Part shown: positions 1 to 6,077 of the stretch, piece after piece | Position numbering within the stretch: position 1 is the stretch's first letter | Layout of the letters: every line of letters starts with the position of its first letter | Origin: Parcubacteria group bacterium | GTDB taxonomy: Bacteria; Patescibacteriota; Minisyncoccia; Moranbacterales; GCA-2747515 | Reading direction: 5' to 3' | Length of the DNA: 12,591 bases | NCBI GenBank assembly: GCA_041660065.1 | Contig: JBAZXC010000001.1 | Location: 456,535 to 469,125, forward strand | The notes under the pieces: model-generated | The model's database searches: none | The model's input: only the letters and a program-made list of their open reading frames with translations | What the model was told of the DNA's origin: nothing | Program-made: the position numbers and the translations under genes

Positions 1-51
1 TTCAGGATCTTTGTAAGCTATAAGTATGAGATCCTGAAACAAGTTCAGGAT
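1..51. repeat. Three copies of TTCAGGAT(CT) forming alternative hairpins downstream of the mutY stop
   Basis: TTCAGGATCT at 1-10 pairs with AGATCCTGAA at 29-38, a perfect 10-bp stem. Alternatively ATCCTGAA at 31-38 pairs with TTCAGGAT at 44-51, an 8-bp stem with a 5-nt loop. The two structures are mutually exclusive. Confidence 0.5.
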
Positions 52-83
52 GACATAAATATTACATGAGCCATACACTTATG

Positions 84-983
84 CTATTTTAACATCCACA
101 CATCATTTTTGCACAGTACCATCTGGTCTTTTTTTAATCCATCCAAAACATTTTTACACCATTCATGATCATTTGCTTCATGCCAGTCCTTTTTGATCAC
201 TTGCCCGATATCGTTAATTGTTCCATTTCTCTGTCGTAAAAATTCCACTATGCGTCCTCGAAATATCCTCCGTGGCACATGTTTGTCACATTCACTCCGT
301 CCAACTTCTTTGCGCGCAACCTTTTTTTCATCCTGCGGATTCGGAAATGACAAACACATATCCATAAGGGGGCATTGCAAACATTGTGGCGCACGTTTTG
401 TACATATGATCGATGCAAAATCCATCAGCGCATTATGCCAATCTCGCGCATGCCCACGATACAAGAATTTTTCTGTCCACTTTACAACCTGTTTTTCCGG
501 TGCACTTTTTTTCTTGTGCAGTCGGCGCATGATACGCGCGATATTTACATCACATGCTGCCACATCACGATTACGTGCAAATATCAATATTGAGCGACTT
601 GTATATGTACCAATACCCGAAAACTCTATCAGTATTTCTGGCTCATCAGGAAATATACTTTGAAAATCTTTTACGATCGTTTGCGCCATTTTGTGTACAT
701 AGATTGCACGTCGATTGTATCCCAATCCCTGCCATTGCGTGATCACATCTTTTTGTGAAGCTTGCGCAAGCCGCTTGATTGTTGGAAAACGTTTGAAAAA
801 ACTTGTATACTTTTCAATAACCTTTGGTACATTTGTCTGCTGTAACATGATTTCCGCAATTGCAACATGATAGATATCTGTGGTTTTTCTCCACGGCAAA
901 TAATGGCGTCCGTATTTTCTATACCAAAGCATGATCTTTTTATGCATGACATCAACTTTATTTTGCATAGGCATTTTTACCAT
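84..983 (-). CDS. mutY: A/G-specific adenine DNA glycosylase, MutY-like (HhH-GPD plus 4Fe-4S cluster loop)
   Basis: The translation has WYRKYGRHYLPWR...YHVAIAEIMLQQTNV, matching the MutY/EndoIII N-terminus. The HhH motif is GIGTYTSRSIL, with no Lys after the GxG, which is MutY-like. The catalytic Asp context is AACDVNIARI. The FeS loop CTKRAPQCLQCPLMDMC has C-x6-C-x2-C-x5-C spacing. The track ORF runs to 1058, but that extension overlaps the upstream thermonuclease gene. The start is placed at the in-frame ATG 983-981; ATGs at 974 or 968 are alternatives. Stop is TAG at 86-84. Confidence 0.8.
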   Translation of the reverse strand: MVKMPMQNKVDVMHKKIMLWYRKYGRHYLPWRKTTDIYHVAIAEIMLQQTNVPKVIEKYTSFFKRFPTIKRLAQASQKDVITQWQGLGYNRRAIYVHKMAQTIVKDFQSIFPDEPEILIEFSGIGTYTSRSILIFARNRDVAACDVNIARIMRRLHKKKSAPEKQVVKWTEKFLYRGHARDWHNALMDFASIICTKRAPQCLQCPLMDMCLSFPNPQDEKKVARKEVGRSECDKHVPRRIFRGRIVEFLRQRNGTINDIGQVIKKDWHEANDHEWCKNVLDGLKKDQMVLCKNDVWMLK

Positions 984-1461
984 CAATTGACCATATCCCA
1001 CTCTCCGTTTCTCGCGCCCGCGTTTCCGCTTCCTTGAAATCCTGCACATGCGCAACATCCGGCGGATATGTTACGAGTCGTGCATAGCCATCCTCGATCA
1101 TTGTTTTATTGACCCATTGCTCTCCAACGTATACATGCCGCAAGAGACGCCCATAGCGATCTTTTTCGGATACATCTTTTTTTAATATGACATCTTTATC
1201 TTCTATCAAACTTTTCAGGTGTGCTGTTGCCTCCGCATAATATGGTTTGCCTCGCTCCGGCGTATCCATACCGATCATACGCACACGCTCACCGGTTTCT
1301 ATATCAAATGTATCCCCATCCACTATGTGTGTAACATGATGTGTCTCCATTGGAATATCTGCAGATCCTTCCTCTACTTGTGGCAAATCCATGCGATCTG
1401 CCATATACAGAATTGCCAACATAATGATGAGTGGAATAGCTTTTTTGAGGATACTTGACAT
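958..1461 (-). CDS. Secreted or membrane-anchored thermonuclease (staphylococcal nuclease/SNase-like)
   Basis: SNase motifs IVDGDTFDI, RVRMIGMDTPE, DRYGRLLRHVYV and GIWS are present. The N-terminus MSSILKKAIPLIIMLAILYMA looks like a signal peptide or anchor. The track ORF extends to 1707 via a TTG start, but that extension contains a plus-strand terminator hairpin and is antisense to an SD-led small ORF, so the ATG at 1461 is chosen. Confidence 0.8.
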   Translation of the reverse strand: MSSILKKAIPLIIMLAILYMADRMDLPQVEEGSADIPMETHHVTHIVDGDTFDIETGERVRMIGMDTPERGKPYYAEATAHLKSLIEDKDVILKKDVSEKDRYGRLLRHVYVGEQWVNKTMIEDGYARLVTYPPDVAHVQDFKEAETRARETESGIWSIDGKNAYAK

Positions 1462-1472
1462 TTTGGTTAATT

Positions 1473-1503
1473 TATAATACAGTCGGTGACACAACACAGG
1501 GGG
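1473..1503 (+). promoter_or_regulatory. Perfect -10 hexamer TATAAT (1473-1478) plus strong Shine-Dalgarno GGGGG (1499-1503), 7 nt before ATG 1511
   Basis: The sequence reads tttataatacagtcggtgacacaacacagggggttgaaaaATG. No well-spaced -35 was found: TTGACA at 1455-1460 is only 12 nt away. The SD is the only strong one seen at any gene start in this window. Confidence 0.45.
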
Positions 1504-1510
1504 TTGAAAA

Positions 1511-1681
1511 ATGGCAAAAATCGATAAAACCCACACGAGTTTCTTGGCCGAAATGATCAAAGCGTTGACCCAAGTGACACAAGAAACAGAACCACTTCCC
1601 AAAGAAATGTCGACAGCAGAATGGGACAGTTCAGTAATTCGTGATGACTTTAAGAAAATTCTGAGATCATATAAACAATAA
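1511..1681 (+). CDS. Small hypothetical protein, 56 aa (MAKIDKTHTSFLAEMIKALTQVTQETEPLPKEMSTAEWDSSVIRDDFKKILRSYKQ)
   Basis: This ORF is below the ORF-track size cutoff and was found by reading the sequence. It has ATG 1511 and TAA 1679-1681. It is preceded by a GGGGG SD at optimal spacing and a TATAAT box, and followed immediately by a GC-stem hairpin with a T-run. Its GC content is slightly higher than the surrounding intergenic DNA. No family was recognised. Confidence 0.55.
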   Translation: MAKIDKTHTSFLAEMIKALTQVTQETEPLPKEMSTAEWDSSVIRDDFKKILRSYKQ

Positions 1682-1692
1682 TACCTCTTATC

Positions 1693-1725
1693 GGCGATAT
1701 TCACCAAATATCGCCTTTATTTTTT
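1693..1725 (+). terminator. Rho-independent terminator: GGCGATAT-tcaccaa-ATATCGCC followed by TTTATTTTTT
   Basis: A perfect 8-bp stem (1693-1700 pairing with 1708-1715) has a 7-nt loop and is followed by a T-rich run at 1716-1725. The T-run overlaps the last codons and stop of the minus-strand peptidase gene. Confidence 0.7.
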
Positions 1726-2508
1726 GATCACGATCACATTTTTGTTTGCGCCGGAAATTTTTTCCTTTTCACCTGTTATGTAATCGCGAATCGCATTATA
1801 GAGGACACTGTCTTTGTATTTGTATCCCCTGCCCAATCGCGTACCGGGATCGTTTGTAATAAATTCTTTGTTCTTTTTGTCATACCCAATGATCACTACC
1901 ATATGTCGATCCGGACCGCCATTGGTAAAGTTCGGATTATTAAGCATTTTTCCATTAGTCGGCACAATGACGATTGATCCTTGTGCAAGAATGGCATAAA
2001 TATCTTCCATTGTAACGCCCGTGCGCAGTTCCGCCGGATAATGATAATATTCCTGAAAGATCTTTGCCGTATCCGCAGTTGACGTATCAATACTTCCGCC
2101 GAAATTTTTATCCTCATAGGAAAACAAGCTTTCCAATTCATTTTCTGCATCATTTTTTGAGATAGAACCTTCTCCGGTGACCCATGCATGTGCCATGAGC
2201 ATGGACGCCTCTTCACATGCATCTTGAAACCGCGGATCATCCCATTGCGCATGTGGCGCCTGCGCAGTAAATGGCACAGATTGCTTGATCGATTCTTTGA
2301 CCTCAACTGTTTTTTGCTCAACATCATTGGCGTGTGTTTCGGCAATCACTGTTTCTTTTTTTGTTTCCACTTCTTGTTGTTTTTCTCTCTCTGTTATGAT
2401 TGACGCATCAGAATACTCTACAAAAAATTTGTCCGGTACGATATACCATATAAAAACCACCAAGAAAAAGACACATAGAAGAGTACCCCGAATCATTATG
2501 CTTTTCAT
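1717..2508 (-). CDS. Membrane-anchored C39-like (papain-fold) cysteine peptidase, Peptidase_C39_2-type
   Basis: It has an N-terminal TM helix (TLLCVFFLVVFIWYIV). A Gln...Cys motif FQDACEEASMLMAHAW is followed later by the His motif RHMVVIIGYD...ITNDPG. Together these are typical of C39-like or BtrH-like peptidases. The track ORF starts at a TTG; the first ATG at 2508 is used (MKSIMIRG...). Confidence 0.65.
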   Translation of the reverse strand: MKSIMIRGTLLCVFFLVVFIWYIVPDKFFVEYSDASIITEREKQQEVETKKETVIAETHANDVEQKTVEVKESIKQSVPFTAQAPHAQWDDPRFQDACEEASMLMAHAWVTGEGSISKNDAENELESLFSYEDKNFGGSIDTSTADTAKIFQEYYHYPAELRTGVTMEDIYAILAQGSIVIVPTNGKMLNNPNFTNGGPDRHMVVIIGYDKKNKEFITNDPGTRLGRGYKYKDSVLYNAIRDYITGEKEKISGANKNVIVIKK

Positions 2509-2531
2509 ATAATTTAACAAAAACCAAACCC

Positions 2532-2554
2532 ATCTGTTTCCCCGAAAACAGATT
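2532..2554 (-). promoter_or_regulatory. 5'-UTR hairpin ATCTGTTT-(6-nt loop)-AAACAGAT followed on the minus strand by a U-rich tract, just upstream of the peptidase start codon
   Basis: An 8-bp inverted repeat at 2532-2539 and 2547-2554 sits downstream of a minus-strand extended -10 TGtTACAAT (2562-2570). On the minus strand it is followed by GGGTTTGGTTTTTGTT and then ATG 2508. The stem is AT-rich and weak. Confidence 0.3.
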
Positions 2555-2562
2555 TTACACTA

Positions 2563-2591
2563 TTGTAACACTTTTTTACACATGGTAAAAT
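2563..2591 (+). promoter_or_regulatory. Sigma70-like promoter TTGTAA-N17-TGgTAAAAT for the exonuclease gene; the same DNA carries a minus-strand extended -10 TGTTACAAT for the divergent peptidase gene
   Basis: The -35 is TTGTAA at 2563-2568, the spacer is 17 nt, TG is at 2583-2584 and the -10 TAAAAT is at 2586-2591. This leaves a 27-nt leader to ATG 2619 with no SD. The reverse complement of 2562-2570 is gTGtTACAAT. Confidence 0.5.
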
Positions 2592-2618
2592 AGACCTATT
2601 GTATTTTAATCAATTTTT

Positions 2619-3194
2619 ATGAGAAAAATCGTACTTGATATTGAAACAAAAAACACTTTCCAAGAGATTGGGTCAAATGACCCCGCAAAACTCGACATAT
2701 CCCTTCTTGTGATTTATGACTATAAAACAGACAACTATTTGACATTTATGGAAAAAAATCTCAATGAATTGTGGCCGATCCTCGAAGAAACCGATTTGAT
2801 CATCGGGTACAATTCAGACCACTTTGACATCCCACTCCTTAATAAATATTATCCGGGAGATTTGACTGCGGTTGGCAGCTTGGATCTTATGACAGAGATC
2901 AAGAAAGTGATTGGACGGAGCATCCGACTCGACAATATCGCCGAAGCTACGCTCGGAGCAGGCAAAAGTGGCCATGGACTTCAGGCCATTGAATGGTGGA
3001 AGGATGGCAAGATCGACAAAATCGAAAAATACTGTCGTGATGATGTAAAGATCACGAAGGAGATTTATGAATATGCGCTAAAAAGCGGGAAGCTGAAATA
3101 TAAAGATCTGCTTGACGTTGTCACATTCGATATAAATACAACGGCATGGGACAAAAAAACAAACCAAGCGATCAATTACACCTTGCCATTGTAA
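2619..3194 (+). CDS. DEDDy-type 3'-5' exonuclease, RNase H-like fold (YprB / PolB-exonuclease-domain-like)
   Basis: Three motifs define it: DIETKN (Exo I), GYNSDHFDIPLL (Exo II) and YCRDDVKITKEIY (Exo III with Tyr). Size is 191 aa, with an ATG start and a TAA stop at 3192-3194. Confidence 0.7.
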   Translation: MRKIVLDIETKNTFQEIGSNDPAKLDISLLVIYDYKTDNYLTFMEKNLNELWPILEETDLIIGYNSDHFDIPLLNKYYPGDLTAVGSLDLMTEIKKVIGRSIRLDNIAEATLGAGKSGHGLQAIEWWKDGKIDKIEKYCRDDVKITKEIYEYALKSGKLKYKDLLDVVTFDINTTAWDKKTNQAINYTLPL

Positions 3195-3199
3195 ACCCC

Positions 3200-4206
3200 T
3201 TATAAACCATGTGTCTGTTTATTGACGATGTGTTCTTCAAAAGTTTTGGAAAAGATTGTTTCTCCGGTGGATGGATCATTCAAAAAATACATGTAGTCAG
3301 TTTTTGCTGGTGCAATCGCCGCATCAATCGAAGCCAATGACGGATTATTGATCGGTCCCACAGGCAATCCAGGATATTTGTACGTATTGTATGGTGAATC
3401 AATTTCAATGTCCTCTTGTGAGTGTTTGATCTCCGCATCACCTTTGATATAATCGATTGTCGCATCACTTTGTAATGCCATATTGATCTGCAAACGATTG
3501 TTAAAAATGCCCGCAACCACACTCCGATCACCATGCAGCGGCACCTCTCCCTCAATAACACTCGCAAAAATGATTACATCATGCAAATTACGACCATGTT
3601 CCTTGATTGCGGTCCGTCTGCCGTCATCAACCTTTTTGTTAAAATTATCCAACATTTTTTCAATAATTTCCTGCGCTGTCGCAGTAGGCAAAAATGAATA
3701 TGTGTCTGGAAATAAATATCCTTCAAGAGACGCTCCTCGTGTAAGGAAATCGTACTTTTGATAAGTTCCGCAGGCGGATCAAGTGCGATCTTTTGAAACT
3801 CCTCCCCCGGCAATCCCTTTGCATTAAGTCGATCTTTCATTTTTTCCGCTGACCATCCCTCAGGAAAAAGAACATCAATATCTTGATCGACTTTGATCAT
3901 TGCCTGCCCATCTGTTGTCAATTTGTATACAATATCAGCAATAGTACTTTGTGGTTCGATCATATAATCACCTTCATTGAACTGTCCACGCAATTTATTT
4001 TTCCATGCATAATAATAAAAATAAAACCTGTTTGCAATCAAATCATCGTCCGCAAGCTTTTGTCCAATCACAACAATATCATCACCTTTTTGTACCGTGA
4101 ATTGAAAACCACTCGTATTGAGTGACACGCTTTTTTGTGTTCGCACATGTAAAAAAAATATACTACACACAAGTATGCCCAAAACAATGATAATCCATTT
4201 TTTCAT
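3200..4206 (-). pseudogene. mltG: Endolytic murein transglycosylase MltG/YceG, disrupted by an apparent 1-nt deletion in a homopolymer (coding-strand A4, plus-strand TTTT 3756-3759)
   Basis: Track ORF 3574..4206 supplies the N-terminus: signal anchor MKKWIIIVLGILVCSIFF and FPEGWSAEKMKDRLNAKGLPGEEFQKIAL. The other frame supplies YDFLTRGASLEGYLFPDTYSFLPTATAQEII, then track ORF 3200..3691 with ASVIEGE...VVAGIFNNRLQINMALQSDATIDY...SPYNTYKYPGLPVGPI. These are the hallmark YceG motifs. Adding one A at ATCAAAAGT would give ...AELIKKYDFLTRGASLEGYLFPDTY... as one continuous 335-aa protein. Confidence 0.75.
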
Positions 4207-4216
4207 ACATTTTACG

Positions 4217-4831
4217 TTAAACCGGCAAATATCTCATACTGTCAAAACGTTCCTCAACGTTATCTTCATTTTCTCCACGGTAATTGAAATAATAAATGAT
4301 ATTATCAATCGGTGCAACCATTACACCATCAATCTTGAGCAATGTAATAAAATCGTATAACGTCCACATATCGGGATTGATCACGATAATACGATCATAT
4401 TTTTCATCGGCAGGTATATCCTCCGAACCATTGATCACTTGCATCGTCACAATGTTGTCACGCGAGATAAAATTGAACTTGTTAATATTATTTTCCGTTT
4501 CCTCTTTCATGTCCGCAATCATGTCGATAGCCTTGATATGTCCCTCACTACCAACGATAAAACTCAGCATAGCAATTACCCACCCCCCACCAAAACCAAC
4601 AACTAAAATATCTTGTCCGCGACTTGGACGCAATAACTCTAGCATAAAGGAGACAACGGACGGCTCGGGCAAGACTTGTCCATGACCGATCGAGAGTGGG
4701 ATATCCGAAGCTGCCGCAATGCGAAATTTGTCAGATACAAACTCCGCCCGATTAATTTCCGAGAAAGCATCGATGATATTATCTGTTTTCAGATACCCTC
4801 GATGAATCAATTTATTTGCAATTTCACTCAT
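4217..4831 (-). CDS. pcm: Protein-L-isoaspartate(D-aspartate) O-methyltransferase (PCMT)
   Basis: DIPLSIGHGQVLPEPSVVSFMLELL corresponds to the [25 protein letters not shown] block of Pcm. Motif I is divergent (ILVVGFGGGW), and the C-terminus ends RYLPV. ATG is at 4831. Confidence 0.75.
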   Translation of the reverse strand: MSEIANKLIHRGYLKTDNIIDAFSEINRAEFVSDKFRIAAASDIPLSIGHGQVLPEPSVVSFMLELLRPSRGQDILVVGFGGGWVIAMLSFIVGSEGHIKAIDMIADMKEETENNINKFNFISRDNIVTMQVINGSEDIPADEKYDRIIVINPDMWTLYDFITLLKIDGVMVAPIDNIIYYFNYRGENEDNVEERFDSMRYLPV

Positions 4832-4870
4832 AAAGCAGAATTTGTGGGGAATGATTATGTGGATTCGATA

Positions 4871-5329
4871 CTACCCCGACACAGTAACGATCGCATCACG
4901 ATTGCGCGCACCATCAAAATCAACAGCCAGAATACTCTGGATATGCGCGAGCATCATTTTCCCATTTTCCAATGGGACAGAAACGTGTGACCCGATCATC
5001 ATCGCCTTACAATGTGAATGTCCATTGCTTCTGCCATCTGTCTTATTGTTTTTTCGTAGTTCGAACATGTCATGCGAATACCGATCATCTTGCGGTGCAA
5101 TGCGGTACAAAACGCGCATAAAATCCTGCAAAAGCATCGGCTCGTTGTGATTGATCACAATGCCCATGGTCGTGTGTTGCACAAAAACTGACACATGCCC
5201 CTCTCGCACCCCGCTAGCATCAACAACACGTTGCACAGCATCAGTGATATCGATAAACTCCACCTCCGCAGAACTCTTAAACGAGATCTTTTCTTTATAG
5301 ATTTTCATAAACTTTTGTTTTAATTGCAT
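4871..5329 (-). CDS. yjbQ: YjbQ/UPF0047 family protein (secondary thiamine-phosphate synthase-like)
   Basis: FIDITD..VFVQHTTMGIVINHNE...RYSHD...NGHSHCKAMMIGSHVSVP...AVDFDGARNRDAIVTVSG matches the YjbQ family along its length. The track ORF starts at GTG 5335; the first ATG is at 5329, and a later ATG at 5308 is also possible. Confidence 0.75.
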   Translation of the reverse strand: MQLKQKFMKIYKEKISFKSSAEVEFIDITDAVQRVVDASGVREGHVSVFVQHTTMGIVINHNEPMLLQDFMRVLYRIAPQDDRYSHDMFELRKNNKTDGRSNGHSHCKAMMIGSHVSVPLENGKMMLAHIQSILAVDFDGARNRDAIVTVSG

Positions 5330-5341
5330 CGCCACACAAAA

Positions 5342-5350
5342 ATTATACCA
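5342..5350 (-). promoter_or_regulatory. Extended -10 TGgTATAAT on the minus strand, 12 nt upstream of the yjbQ ATG, in the 27-bp gap after uppS
   Basis: The reverse complement of 5342-5350 (attatacca) is TGGTATAAT, a perfect extended -10 consensus. It implies a leader of only about 5 nt, so the transcript would be essentially leaderless. Confidence 0.4.
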
Positions 5351-5362
5351 TTTTTTTTGGTT

Positions 5363-6073
5363 TTATGCACCATGACGTCGCATGCGCCGCGCATAATCAG
5401 CGATCGCCTTTTCGAATTCTCCATCATCGAACTCTGGAAAATACAAATCTGAAAAGAATAACTGGGCATTGGCAATATCCCACATCATAAATCCGGTGCT
5501 AAGATGCGGTTCACCGCCAGTGCGAATTAAGTAGTCAACAGGGGGAAGATCTTTGGTAAATAAATGCTTTTTAACCGTATCTTTTGTAACCGTAGCACTA
5601 TCATGACAATTTTTAATGATTTCTCGAATTGCCGCAAGCATTTCATCATCTCCGCTATAACTCAAAAAAAAGTTGACATGATATTTGTGATGATATTTTG
5701 TTTTTTCTATGCCTTCCTCAAGAAGATTTACAAGATTTTTTGGCAGTTGTTCTCGCCATCCGCCGATAATATTGATACGCACATCATCTTTTTCCACCTC
5801 TTCACTGTTGATCAATTTTTCAAAATATTTTGTGTAAATATTGATCAATTCCTGACGCTCTCGCATCGGCCTCTTAACCAAATTTTCCTTTGATGACCCC
5901 CATATGGAAATATATTGAATGCCCAGCTCCCTTGCTTTTCTGACAATTTTTTCAATCATTTTTGCGCCAACATCGTGTCCTTCCCACGGTTGCAATCCCC
6001 GTTTTTTTGCCCAGCGACGATTACCGTCAGGAATGACCACAACATGTTTTGGTATCTTATTATTACTCATCAT
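5363..6073 (-). CDS. uppS: Undecaprenyl-diphosphate synthase (cis-prenyltransferase)
   Basis: HVVVIPDGNRRWAKKRGL...GHDVG...ISIWGSSKEN..RP..E fits the UppS signature. The track start is GTG 6094; the first ATG codons are at 6073 and 6070. The gene starts 4 nt after the upstream polyprenyl synthase stop. Confidence 0.85.
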   Translation of the reverse strand: MMSNNKIPKHVVVIPDGNRRWAKKRGLQPWEGHDVGAKMIEKIVRKARELGIQYISIWGSSKENLVKRPMRERQELINIYTKYFEKLINSEEVEKDDVRINIIGGWREQLPKNLVNLLEEGIEKTKYHHKYHVNFFLSYSGDDEMLAAIREIIKNCHDSATVTKDTVKKHLFTKDLPPVDYLIRTGGEPHLSTGFMMWDIANAQLFFSDLYFPEFDDGEFEKAIADYARRMRRHGA

Positions 6074-6077
6074 ACTA

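Noticed and set aside
984-1058. 25-aa N-terminal extension of MutY (MLRMCRISRKRKRGREKRRVGYGQL)
   Set aside because: It overlaps the thermonuclease coding region by about 100 nt and is Arg/Lys low-complexity. The conserved MutY N-terminus begins at the downstream ATGs (983, 974 or 968).
1462-1707. N-terminal 82-aa extension of the thermonuclease ORF (track ORF 958..1707)
   Set aside because: The extension starts at a TTG and its sequence looks like low-complexity junk. It contains the plus-strand terminator hairpin and is antisense to the SD-led small ORF. An internal ATG at 1461 gives a proper signal peptide and a full SNase domain.
3280-3567. 95-aa minus-strand ORF nested inside the mltG C-terminal half
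   Set aside because: It is in a different frame from the conserved MltG sequence and has an Arg-rich low-complexity translation, so it is a frame shadow.
3574-3756. C-terminal 60 aa of track ORF 3574..4206 (STISLHEERLLKDIYFQTHIHFCLLRQRRKLLKK…)
   Set aside because: This is out-of-frame read-through after the homopolymer slip. The alternative frame carries the conserved YLFPDTY MltG motif.
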